This document shows, one piece after another, positions 50,256 through 62,437 of a stretch of 64,000 bases of DNA. Made by a program: the position numbers and the translations under genes. This DNA is from Verrucomicrobiia bacterium (GTDB lineage Bacteria; Verrucomicrobiota; Verrucomicrobiia; Palsa-1439). The stretch covers positions 283 to 64,282 of the forward strand of contig JBBISF010000007.1 of NCBI GenBank assembly GCA_037441425.1, in the 5' to 3' direction. The stretch's first letter is position 1. Each line of letters starts with the position of its first letter. The notes beneath the pieces were generated by a model. It worked only from the letters and a program-made list of their open reading frames with translations, ran no database searches and had not been told where the DNA came from.

Positions 50256-50997
50256 AACTGCTTTGGAAGCCGCCGCGGCGGCCGGCAAGTTGTTGCGCCA
50301 GAATTTTGGTTCGACGCTCGCCGTCAACGAATCCACGCACCACGACATCAAGTTGGAATTGGACGTGCGCGCGCAACAGGCGATCACGCGCGTCATTCTC
50401 GCGGATTTTCCCGACCACGGCATTCTGGGCGAGGAAGGCATTACCGGCAACCAGAACGCCGACGTGCGCTGGGTGGTGGACCCGCTCGACGGCACCGTGA
50501 ATTATTTCTACAACATCCCCCACTACGCGGTGTCCATTGCCGCGCAGCAACGCACGCCAACCGGTTGGGAAACGGTTGCCGGAGTCGTGTTCGCGCCGGA
50601 AGTGGACGAGATGTTTGCGGCAGCGAAAGACCAGCCGGCCACGCTGAATGGCCAGCCGATTCACGTCAGCGACCGGGCCCGATTGGAAGAGGCGATCATC
50701 GGCATCGGTTTCTTCAAGAATGCGGAGACCATCCGGCGGAACCTGAAGGATTTCACGGAGTTGATCGGGCGCGTCCGCAAGATGCGGTTGATGGGATCGG
50801 CCGCACTGGATACGGTGTACGTGGCCTGCGGCCGGTTCGATGCCTACATCGAGTACGGCATCAAGCTGTGGGACATCGCCGCCGGCCAGATCATCCTGGA
50901 ACAAGCCGGCGGCCAAGTGGTGAGCCGGCCGACTGATGAACCACACACCTTCGAATTCCGCGCGTCGAACGGCACGTTGCCGGTGACGCTCAGCTAA
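50248..50997 (+). CDS. suhB: Inositol monophosphatase family protein
   Basis: GEEG, WVVDPLDGTVNY, GSAALD, WDIAAG. Confidence 0.9.
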   Translation: MLETALEAAAAAGKLLRQNFGSTLAVNESTHHDIKLELDVRAQQAITRVILADFPDHGILGEEGITGNQNADVRWVVDPLDGTVNYFYNIPHYAVSIAAQQRTPTGWETVAGVVFAPEVDEMFAAAKDQPATLNGQPIHVSDRARLEEAIIGIGFFKNAETIRRNLKDFTELIGRVRKMRLMGSAALDTVYVACGRFDAYIEYGIKLWDIAAGQIILEQAGGQVVSRPTDEPHTFEFRASNGTLPVTLS

Positions 50998-51994
50998 ACC
51001 AGCCGAGTTTCTTTTCCTTGGCGCGATACAGCATCCCAAGCAGCCGACAACCTACGATCAGGGTATAGAAGCTGACAAACTCCACCGGCAAGAAGCCAAT
51101 CACCTGCCAGAGCGGCGGCAACGCCCGCAGGGTCAATTGCGTCCCGAAGCGCAATCCGCTCAAGATCACCAGCAGCAAGAGCACAAAGCCGTAGTGCAAC
51201 GGCACTTTGACGATGGCCGGCAGGACGATCCGCGGATCGGTGGCCAGGCTGGAGTCATACATGGCCACGGCCAGCATCGCCATCGGGTAATAGAGGAATG
51301 CCGTGACGGTCAATCCGATCGCGGTCGTGCTCCAGACGAAAGCGGTGGTCTCCGTTCCCCAGAGGAAGGCGCGGACGGCCATGGCGCCCGCGATCAGGGC
51401 CGGGCCAAAGACAAACAAGCCGCTCAGGAAAACCTGGAACGCGCCCGCGATGATGTCGGACCAGCCGGCGAGATCGGGCCAGTCCATCGCCCGGTCTTCG
51501 TCGAGGGCCGAGATGCGAATCACATCCAGCCCGAACATCCCGAAGTACCCGATGGTGATGATCAAGGCAAAGAGCGAACCGATACCGAAGCCGTACCGGA
51601 TGGCGAGGTCCAGCAACGCCAAAAACATCGTCCCAAGTCCGACCAACCACGGGCCGTCGCCCCGGAGCGGAAACACAAACGCCAACGGCACCCGCTCCCA
51701 GAAACTTGGCGGCGGCGCGAGCCGCGTCACCCCCAACCGGCAGCGCGGACAAAGATAAACCGGTTTCCCCTCGAACTCTTCCTGATGGAGTTGGTCTTCA
51801 AACCAAACGGCATCGCACTTCGGATTGTTGCAATGGAACTGGGCCGGGGGCGGGGCGCCGTGACGCGGCGCGGGCGGGATGAGACACGCGCCCGCGCAAT
51901 ACGGACACGCTACTTGTTGACCGGGCCGGCCGCCCGCCACGCGAATGGGCTTCCGGCAGCGCGGACAGCCAAACGTGGAATTTAATGCAGCCAC
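50990..51994 (-). CDS. Membrane protein with two N-terminal Zn-ribbon-like modules
   Basis: CPRC..CPYC and CNNPKC..CPRC, then 6-7 TMs; GTG 51994 start is uncertain. Confidence 0.65.
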   Translation of the reverse strand: MAALNSTFGCPRCRKPIRVAGGRPGQQVACPYCAGACLIPPAPRHGAPPPAQFHCNNPKCDAVWFEDQLHQEEFEGKPVYLCPRCRLGVTRLAPPPSFWERVPLAFVFPLRGDGPWLVGLGTMFLALLDLAIRYGFGIGSLFALIITIGYFGMFGLDVIRISALDEDRAMDWPDLAGWSDIIAGAFQVFLSGLFVFGPALIAGAMAVRAFLWGTETTAFVWSTTAIGLTVTAFLYYPMAMLAVAMYDSSLATDPRIVLPAIVKVPLHYGFVLLLLVILSGLRFGTQLTLRALPPLWQVIGFLPVEFVSFYTLIVGCRLLGMLYRAKEKKLGWFS

Positions 51995-53793
51995 TTCAGG
52001 ATCAAACTCTCCGCGTAGATGATGAGGATAAGCAGCACGAGCGTCTCGATGATCACTGGTGTCATTTCTTTGATCCATTGTACCGGTGTGTAATGTTCGT
52101 CCACATCGCGTTTGATGAAGGCGAACGCGACGACTGATTGGGCCGAGCCGATGTGCGTCCAGCAACCCCCCAGCGCATACCCGGCAATCTGCGCGAGCGC
52201 GAACAGATGGAGCACCGCGACGTCCAAGCCGCGCAAGGCGCGTGAGGCGAAGTCCGCCACCACGTTGTTATCGAGAATGGCCGAGAGAAACGTGCAGCCG
52301 ATGAATTGCGCAAAGGCCACCGGGGCATGGCCAAGGTGTTCGATACCGTGGCGGACCAACGTCTGCATCTGGTTGAAGAAACCGGCTTCGGTCAACAAGG
52401 TGATGGAAAGAAACAGGGGAAACAAAAAGTAGTATTCGGCATACTCATGCCGGGCTTCACGAAACGCCAAGGCCCGCATCTTCGGCAGGTCCATGATCCC
52501 CAGCAGCGCCACACCAAATCCGGCAAACGATGCGAAGAACAAGGGGATGCTTTGATGAATGCCGTGCACGATCAATATGCCGATGAACGGCACCAGCGCC
52601 AGCGCGCCGATTTTCTGCGCCAGCGCCCGCCGCGGTTTCAGCCGGGCAATTGCTGCGTCCACGACGGCATCGGCCTTGTCGTCACCGGCGGCCAGCAGCA
52701 CGTAGTGATTATCCAGTGGTTCAGCCAACTCCTCGCTGACGAAGTGGCCGAGCAAATTCAGCCGGGTGGCCACCGGCACGTTTTCATGCACCATGGCTTC
52801 CCCGAACGATTCGCCTTTCCGCAACCGGGCCATCATCGCTTCGGCGTGCTGGCCCAGTTCTGCGGCGTGGGCTTCGGCCATCTCTACCGGGGTCAGCACT
52901 TCGCCGTGACGTTCCGCCTGCAGAAAGCGAACGGTATCAGCGTTCGCGTCGAGCACGTCCATGGTTTCCAGTGGCACTTTTTGGCGGCCGAGCCGGCGGC
53001 GGAGTTGCCAGGCAATCACGAGATAACTGGCGACCGCCGCCGGCGCGCAATACCGGAGAAAGAAAGCGTTGTCGAGGTAAGGGTGGAGATTGGCCTTCAT
53101 GATCAGGTTGGGCGGCTCGCCGTACGCCAACCAGATGCCGCAAATCGTCGTCACCGCCGTGCAGACCATCACCGCGTACCGGATGGACGAGGTGGGCGCG
53201 GCAGCGAGCATTAGGATGATGACCAGCGTCCGGATGGTCAGCCCGATCATCGACACGCCGTCGAGGATGCCGGACGCGAACGCCACCACCGCCGTCACGG
53301 AAATGACCGTCGCCAGAATGCTGCCGCGATACCGGCGCAGCAACGTGAACGTGATCCCCTCCAGCAACCGCGTCTGGGCAATCACCGCCACGAAAAACGT
53401 CAGCCCCAAAATAAACAACATCGTGTCCGCGTGCACGAGATCGTCCCAACCATGGAACGAGAGGAGATATTCCCGGGTCCACGCCCACCCGCCCTGCGCG
53501 GCGATCTGCCGGTGCCACGCCGACGTGGGCAGCCCGCAAAACGTGGCGATGATGACCAGCGCCATGCCGTAGGTCAGCGCGTTCTTGTGGATTTGGTATT
53601 TGAACGAACCGAACACGAACAACGCCAGGATCATGGCCAACACTTCGCCGGCCAGCAGCCACACCGGCGTCGTCCAGATGCCGGTCAGGCCCAGCATCAG
53701 AATGGCCGCGGCGACGACCAGGCAGCCGGCCATGAACTTGGCTGGCGACAGATTCACCACGATTGGATTGGAGGTCGGCTCCCCCGTGGACAT
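51982..53793 (-). CDS. ArsB/NhaD (IT superfamily) ion transporter
   Basis: SGILDGV, GEPPN, SAILDNN, THIGSA; many TMs with a large central loop. Confidence 0.8.
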   Translation of the reverse strand: MSTGEPTSNPIVVNLSPAKFMAGCLVVAAAILMLGLTGIWTTPVWLLAGEVLAMILALFVFGSFKYQIHKNALTYGMALVIIATFCGLPTSAWHRQIAAQGGWAWTREYLLSFHGWDDLVHADTMLFILGLTFFVAVIAQTRLLEGITFTLLRRYRGSILATVISVTAVVAFASGILDGVSMIGLTIRTLVIILMLAAAPTSSIRYAVMVCTAVTTICGIWLAYGEPPNLIMKANLHPYLDNAFFLRYCAPAAVASYLVIAWQLRRRLGRQKVPLETMDVLDANADTVRFLQAERHGEVLTPVEMAEAHAAELGQHAEAMMARLRKGESFGEAMVHENVPVATRLNLLGHFVSEELAEPLDNHYVLLAAGDDKADAVVDAAIARLKPRRALAQKIGALALVPFIGILIVHGIHQSIPLFFASFAGFGVALLGIMDLPKMRALAFREARHEYAEYYFLFPLFLSITLLTEAGFFNQMQTLVRHGIEHLGHAPVAFAQFIGCTFLSAILDNNVVADFASRALRGLDVAVLHLFALAQIAGYALGGCWTHIGSAQSVVAFAFIKRDVDEHYTPVQWIKEMTPVIIETLVLLILIIYAESLILKWLH

Positions 53794-53824
53794 GCGGCGC
53801 ACTTTAACAGCCGACTCTCAAAAA

Positions 53825-55024
53825 TCAAGCGCTGTGGCCTGTCGCGGTGCCCTGTGGGAGCGCCCTTCCGGGCACGGCCGGTTGATGTGGCACGGCGCTG
53901 CAATCTTCGGCGGCGCGCACCAATTCATCTTCCGTCCATGGCGCGCCTTTGGGCGACCGGCAATTGGGCAGGTTGCCCATACGGCGGATCAGATCGTCTT
54001 TAACGACCGCTTTCTGGTAGGCCTCAACCGGTGCGATCAGGTCGCGTTGCAGCAAAACCGCCAAGGAATCATTCAGTGTGCACATTCCCTGATTCTTGCC
54101 GGTTTGGATGACGTTGGGAATCTGATGGATTTTGCCTTCGCGGATGTTGGCGGCCAGCGCGTGATTACCAATGAGAATCTCCAGCGCGGCCACGCGGCCG
54201 CCGCCCTTCTTCTTGCAAAGCGTTTGCGAAACCACGCCCTTCAACGTCTCCGCCAAGCCCATGCGGACTTGACCTTGTTGGTCGGCCGGGAACTGGTTGA
54301 TGAGCCGTTCCACCGTGCCGTAGGAAGTGTTCGTGTGCAACGTGCCGAAAACCAGGTGGCCGGTCTCGGCGGTTTCCAATGCGATCATCACCGTTTCCAG
54401 GTCGCGCATTTCGCCCACGAGCACGATGTCCGGATCCTCGCGCAATGCGGCCCGCAACGCTTTCTTGAAACTATCGGTATGCGTGTGCACCTCGCGTTGA
54501 TTGACCACGCATTTCTTGTTCTGGTGGACGAACTCAATCGGATCCTCAATGGTGATGATGTGATCGTGCCGGGTGTCGTTGATGAAATCGATGATCGTCG
54601 CCAGCGTCGTGGACTTGCCGCTGCCGGTCGGGCCGGTGACGAGGACCAGCCCTTTGCTCAGAAAACAGAATTTCTTGATCGGGTCTGGCAACCCAAGTTC
54701 TTTGAAGCTCAAAATCTTCGACGGAATCAACCGGAACACTGCGCCAATGCCGCGTCGGTCAGAAAACACGTTGCAGCGAAACCGGGCGGCCTCGCCCAGT
54801 TCATAGGCGAAGTCGGTGTCGTGCGTCTGCTCCCATTCCTGCCGGTTGCGGACGGGCATGATTTCGTTGATCAGTTTCTCGACCGCCTCCCCGTTGAGAA
54901 TTTCGCCGCCGGCGGGGGTCATATCCCCGGCAATGCGGAACATCGGCAGTGTGTTGCTGGCGAGATGAAAGTCTGACGCGCCCCGGTCCGACATGGATTT
55001 GAAGAACAGGTCAATCGCTGGCAT
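53825..55024 (-). CDS. pilT: Type IV pilus retraction ATPase
   Basis: GASDFHL, GPTGSGKSTT, TIEDPIE, LREDPD, GEMRD, TGHLVFGTLH. Confidence 0.93.
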   Translation of the reverse strand: MPAIDLFFKSMSDRGASDFHLASNTLPMFRIAGDMTPAGGEILNGEAVEKLINEIMPVRNRQEWEQTHDTDFAYELGEAARFRCNVFSDRRGIGAVFRLIPSKILSFKELGLPDPIKKFCFLSKGLVLVTGPTGSGKSTTLATIIDFINDTRHDHIITIEDPIEFVHQNKKCVVNQREVHTHTDSFKKALRAALREDPDIVLVGEMRDLETVMIALETAETGHLVFGTLHTNTSYGTVERLINQFPADQQGQVRMGLAETLKGVVSQTLCKKKGGGRVAALEILIGNHALAANIREGKIHQIPNVIQTGKNQGMCTLNDSLAVLLQRDLIAPVEAYQKAVVKDDLIRRMGNLPNCRSPKGAPWTEDELVRAAEDCSAVPHQPAVPGRALPQGTATGHSA

Positions 55025-55059
55025 AACGGGCCGATAATTAGCAGGGCCAGTGCCAGCGC

Positions 55060-56046
55060 CTACTGCGCCGCCGCCAATGTTTCCACCGTCCCGCACAAGC
55101 CCGCCGTCACGCGCGCCAATGCCGCGTAGTCCAGCCGGTCAGGTGTGTCCAATTCGGAATGATAATAAGCGTACCGGTACGGCGCGGTATCGGTGACCAT
55201 CAATGCCCGGTAGCCTTCCCCCCAAAATGACGCGTGATCGCTCCAGCCCACGCCCGGCACACGCGACCAAGTCGAACAACATTCCACGGGAAAATCAGTC
55301 TGGGCACGAAACGCGGCGACTGCTTGGTGGAGCACCGCACGCGATTTCAAATCCGAGACGAACCCGATGAAGTTACCTTTACTCGGATAGAACCAGCGGA
55401 AAAGGGGCGGATACTTCTGGCTGCCGGGCGCGTTGCTGAAATAACCCATTGTTTCCAAGGACAGCATCGCGCGAATGTCATTGCCCAGTCGCCGGGCCTC
55501 GGCAGCATATACCCGGCTGCCCTGCTGATCGGTTTCAAAAAAGGGCGGCTCTTCATTGACGAACGCCACAAACGTAATCGTCCGTGCCGTGTCACGTTTT
55601 GCGAAATACCGGGACAACTCCAAGAGCGCCGCCACGCCGCTGCCGTTGTCGTTGGCGCCGGGAGAAAATTCCACCGTGTCGTAATGCGCGCCGATGACGA
55701 TAATCTCTTGAGGGCGTTCTTTGCCGGTATGGACCACTTCCAGATTGGCCACTTCAATGTTGGCGGCGGTGAACGTCTGGCGTCGGACCGCGTAGCCTTG
55801 TTCGCGCCACGTGTTCTCGATGTACGCTGCCGCCCGCGCAAGCGTGCCGGGCCGCCACACGTTGCGCGCGCCGATGTCACCCGCCAGCGTCTGAACGTGG
55901 TGGCGCAGTTGTTCCGGGGAGATCGTGGTCGAGGTGGTCATATTGCTTCGTTGGCCGCCACACCGGCATGTATACTCGAACGCGAAGACGAACACCGCCA
56001 GCACAACGGCAATTCGCACCAGCGCCCCACGACTGGCAATCCGCAT
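55060..56046 (-). CDS. M28 family peptidase
   Basis: IGAHYDT, GANDNGSG, NEEPP, SLETMG, WSDH, YH. Confidence 0.88.
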   Translation of the reverse strand: MRIASRGALVRIAVVLAVFVFAFEYTCRCGGQRSNMTTSTTISPEQLRHHVQTLAGDIGARNVWRPGTLARAAAYIENTWREQGYAVRRQTFTAANIEVANLEVVHTGKERPQEIIVIGAHYDTVEFSPGANDNGSGVAALLELSRYFAKRDTARTITFVAFVNEEPPFFETDQQGSRVYAAEARRLGNDIRAMLSLETMGYFSNAPGSQKYPPLFRWFYPSKGNFIGFVSDLKSRAVLHQAVAAFRAQTDFPVECCSTWSRVPGVGWSDHASFWGEGYRALMVTDTAPYRYAYYHSELDTPDRLDYAALARVTAGLCGTVETLAAAQ

Positions 56047-56106
56047 ACTGCGCATCCTACCACAAAACTTGCGCGGCTTGGCGGCAAATGTTAGCATCCC
56101 GCCGCG

Positions 56107-56937
56107 ATGTACAAGGACTTCTACGGGCTGCGGGAATATCCGTTCAACATGACGCCGGACCCGGAGTTCCTTTTTCTCAGCCGCAACCATCGCATCGGTC
56201 TCGACCTCCTCCTGTACGGCATCCAGCAGCGCAAAGGCTTCATCGTCATCACGGGCGAAGTTGGAGCCGGCAAGACGACGCTTTGCCGGGCGTTGCTGAA
56301 CTCGCTGGATAAGAACACCAAGACCGCGCTCATCCTCAACCCGGTCCTGTCGGCGACCGAGATTCTTCAGGCGATTACCGACGAGTTCCGCCTCCAACCG
56401 GCCAAGACCACCCGCAAGCATCTTTACGATACTTTCAACGCCTTCCTCATCCGCGAGCTGGCCGCCAACCATAACGTCGCCCTGATCGTGGACGAAGCAC
56501 AGAACCTCAAGCCCGCCGTCTTGGAGCAAATCCGGTTGCTCTCCAACCTCGAAACCGAAAAAGAAAAGCTCCTCCAGATTATTTTGGTGGGCCAACCGGA
56601 ACTCGGTGAATTGCTCGCGCGTGAAAACCTGCGCCAGCTCCGGCAACGCGTGGCATTGAATCATCACCTCGCCTCACTCACGCTCGAAGAAACCGGCGAT
56701 TACATTCAACATCGGCTCCACATCGCCGGCGCCGATGGCCGCATGCAGTGGACCACCGAGGCCGTGCGGCTCGTCCATGAGTTTTCCCGGGGCATCCCAC
56801 GACTGATTAACAATCTCTGTGACCGCGCGTTGCTGGCCGGTTACGTGCGCGAGACTTTGGTCATCGAAGCCGATCTCATCCAACAAGCGATTGCCGACAC
56901 CGAAATCCGCGTGCCGGCTGAGGCCACCGCGGTATGA
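56107..56937 (+). CDS. ExeA/GspA-family AAA ATPase
   Basis: FYGLREYPF.TPDP, TGEVGAGKTT, VDEAQNL, VGQPEL, GIPRLIN. Confidence 0.9.
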   Translation: MYKDFYGLREYPFNMTPDPEFLFLSRNHRIGLDLLLYGIQQRKGFIVITGEVGAGKTTLCRALLNSLDKNTKTALILNPVLSATEILQAITDEFRLQPAKTTRKHLYDTFNAFLIRELAANHNVALIVDEAQNLKPAVLEQIRLLSNLETEKEKLLQIILVGQPELGELLARENLRQLRQRVALNHHLASLTLEETGDYIQHRLHIAGADGRMQWTTEAVRLVHEFSRGIPRLINNLCDRALLAGYVRETLVIEADLIQQAIADTEIRVPAEATAV

Positions 56938-57476
56938 GCCTCGTCCATGACGCTCTCCAAAAAGCCGAACGCGAGAAGCTGCGCAAGACCGGCGAGGTTG
57001 GGCCGCCGGCGCCAGTTCATCTCAATGTGGAAACGGCCTCAGTGCCGCGACCGGGGACGGCCCCGCCGCGGTCATCAACCGCGGCTACAGCACCGGCTCT
57101 TCGCCGCTCCGTTCTGCCGGTCATAATTGCGGTTTGCGCGGTTATCATCGGGGGGGGTATTGCGTGGTTCATTTTGCGTCCGAAACCGACAGTGGAGGGC
57201 GCGGCTCCAGCCGCGTCGCCGGTCGCAACCAAGACCCCGGTTACGGCCCAGCTGGAGCCGCGCCCTGCGATAATACCGCAACCGCCGCCGGCGGACGACC
57301 CGGCCTATAAACTTACCGGTATCATGAGAGATCCAGACGGCAAACCGTGCGCCATCTTGAATGGGCGCGTGGTATCCGTGTCCAACTACGTGGACGGGGC
57401 GACGGTGAAAAGCATCGAGAAAGACCGGGTCACCCTCGACGTCAGCGGTCGCGAAGTGGTGAAGCGGCTGTATTAG
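56934..57476 (+). CDS. ExeB/GspB-like membrane protein
   Basis: MSLVHDALQKAE N-terminus, Pro-rich linkers, one TM, C-terminal LTGI...AILNG domain. Confidence 0.7.
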   Translation: MSLVHDALQKAEREKLRKTGEVGPPAPVHLNVETASVPRPGTAPPRSSTAATAPALRRSVLPVIIAVCAVIIGGGIAWFILRPKPTVEGAAPAASPVATKTPVTAQLEPRPAIIPQPPPADDPAYKLTGIMRDPDGKPCAILNGRVVSVSNYVDGATVKSIEKDRVTLDVSGREVVKRLY

Positions 57477-57919
57477 CGGGACCGGCGAAGCGCGCGGTCG
57501 ATTTCCCGGTCGGCGGTCTTGCGCTTGAGGGTTTCGCGCTTGTCAATCTGGCTCTTGCCTTTGCCAACGGCGAGGAGCACTTTGGCGAAACTTTTGGTGA
57601 AGTAAATCTTCAACGGCACGAGCGCCATGCCTTTGGCATTCACTTTGCCGGCAAGTTTGTGGATTTCCTTTTTGTGAAGCAGCAGCCGGCGCGGGCGCAG
57701 CGGGTCAACGTTCCAGCGGTTGCCTTGTTCGTAAGGCGCGATGTGGGCGTTGTAGAGCCAGACTTCGTCGCGATCAATTTTCGCGAAGGCTTCGTCGATG
57801 GACGCGCGGGCGTTGCGGAGGGATTTGACCTCAGGGCCCTTCAGTTCGATGCCGGCTTCGAGGGTGTCGAGGATGAAATAGTCGCGCCCGGCTTTGTGGT
57901 TGTGGATGGTGACCGGCAT
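57473..57919 (-). CDS. smpB: SsrA-binding protein
   Basis: EAGIEL.G.EVKSLR, RRLLLHKKEI, DKRETLK. Confidence 0.97.
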   Translation of the reverse strand: MPVTIHNHKAGRDYFILDTLEAGIELKGPEVKSLRNARASIDEAFAKIDRDEVWLYNAHIAPYEQGNRWNVDPLRPRRLLLHKKEIHKLAGKVNAKGMALVPLKIYFTKSFAKVLLAVGKGKSQIDKRETLKRKTADREIDRALRRSR

Positions 57920-57978
57920 GGCGCGGAGTATAACACCGGCCGGCAACGAAGCCCTAACGGAAAATGACCGGCAGCAGA

Positions 57979-58203
57979 CTACTTGCTCTGCTGGAAGACG
58001 ATGTCACTTTCGACAAGCTCGAAGCCGAGTTTGCCTTCGGTGATTTCTTTGAGGGCGATCTCAGCGGGGTCCATCCGCGGCTCGACCTGGATCATGGGCC
58101 GGTGTCCCTGCGCCAGCTGGCGCACGCGACGGGACACGACGTTGATCAATAATTCGGTATTCGGTATGCGTTGCATGGCGTCTGAAAGGTACTTGCTGTT
58201 CAT
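57979..58203 (-). CDS. rpoZ: RNA polymerase omega subunit
   Basis: LINVVSRRVRQL..G, IALKEITEGK. Confidence 0.88.
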   Translation of the reverse strand: MNSKYLSDAMQRIPNTELLINVVSRRVRQLAQGHRPMIQVEPRMDPAEIALKEITEGKLGFELVESDIVFQQSK

Positions 58204-58260
58204 ACGGGTAAGGGAACGCGGATATTGCGCGAATTCCGGCGGTGGCACAAGGATAAAGTT

Positions 58261-58290
58261 GTAGGGGCGACCCACCGGGGTCGCCCCTAC
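58261..58290. repeat. REP-like perfect palindrome
   Basis: GTAGGGGCGACCC-ACCG-GGGTCGCCCCTAC, 13-bp stem downstream of groEL. Confidence 0.8.
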
Positions 58291-58313
58291 GCACTGGGTT
58301 AGTTACAAACAGC

Positions 58314-59987
<1,674 letters not shown>

Positions 59988-60275
59988 TTATTCGATCACG
60001 CCGAGGATGTCGTCCTCGCGCATGATCAGATAGTCTTTGCCGTCCACTTTGATTTCCGTGCCGCCGTACTTGCTGATCAGCACGCGGTCACCTTTTTTCA
60101 CCTCAAACGGAATCAGCTTGCCGCTGTCGTCCCGCTTGCCGGTCCCAATGGCAATGATCTTGCCTTCCTGGGGTTTCTCTTTGGCGGTATCAGGAATAAT
60201 GATGCCGCCTTTCTTCACTTCTTCTTGTTCGATCGCCTGCACCAGCACGCGATCGCCCAATGGTTTTACGTTCAT
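59988..60275 (-). CDS. groS: Co-chaperonin GroES
   Basis: [20 protein letters not shown]. Confidence 0.99.
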   Translation of the reverse strand: MNVKPLGDRVLVQAIEQEEVKKGGIIIPDTAKEKPQEGKIIAIGTGKRDDSGKLIPFEVKKGDRVLISKYGGTEIKVDGKDYLIMREDDILGVIE

Positions 60276-60349
60276 GCGTCTCTTCGCTCCTTCTGGGTTT
60301 GGTTGTTTTACGTTCAGAGCCGTCCCGGCTAGTCAAGGAACGGCGACAG

Positions 60350-62299
<1,950 letters not shown>

Positions 62300-62325
62300 G
62301 AGTGAAAATCTCCGCCGCCCCAGTT

Positions 62326-62341
62326 AGCTATGCCCGTGCCA
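62326..62341 (-). promoter_or_regulatory. Candidate sigma54 (-24/-12) promoter of dnaK-groES-groEL
   Basis: TGGCACG-GGCA-TAGCT with exact GG-N10-GC spacing, 26 nt upstream of the ATG. Confidence 0.65.
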
Positions 62342-62347
62342 TACGTC

Positions 62348-62360
62348 TAAGTGCTTGAAA
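62348..62360 (-). promoter_or_regulatory. Candidate IHF site
   Basis: TTTCAAGCACTTA vs consensus WATCAANNNNTTR, 1 mismatch. Confidence 0.45.
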
Positions 62361-62437
62361 GACAACGAAGTGTGGTTAAAGGCACTGGGACAATGGCGCG
62401 TCAAACCCTCGTTAACTGTGCCACGTGCGCCAGTGTG

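Noticed and set aside
56047-56667. N-terminal extension of the 535-aa M28 ORF
   Set aside because: Antisense to exeA; an extended -10 supports the start at 56046
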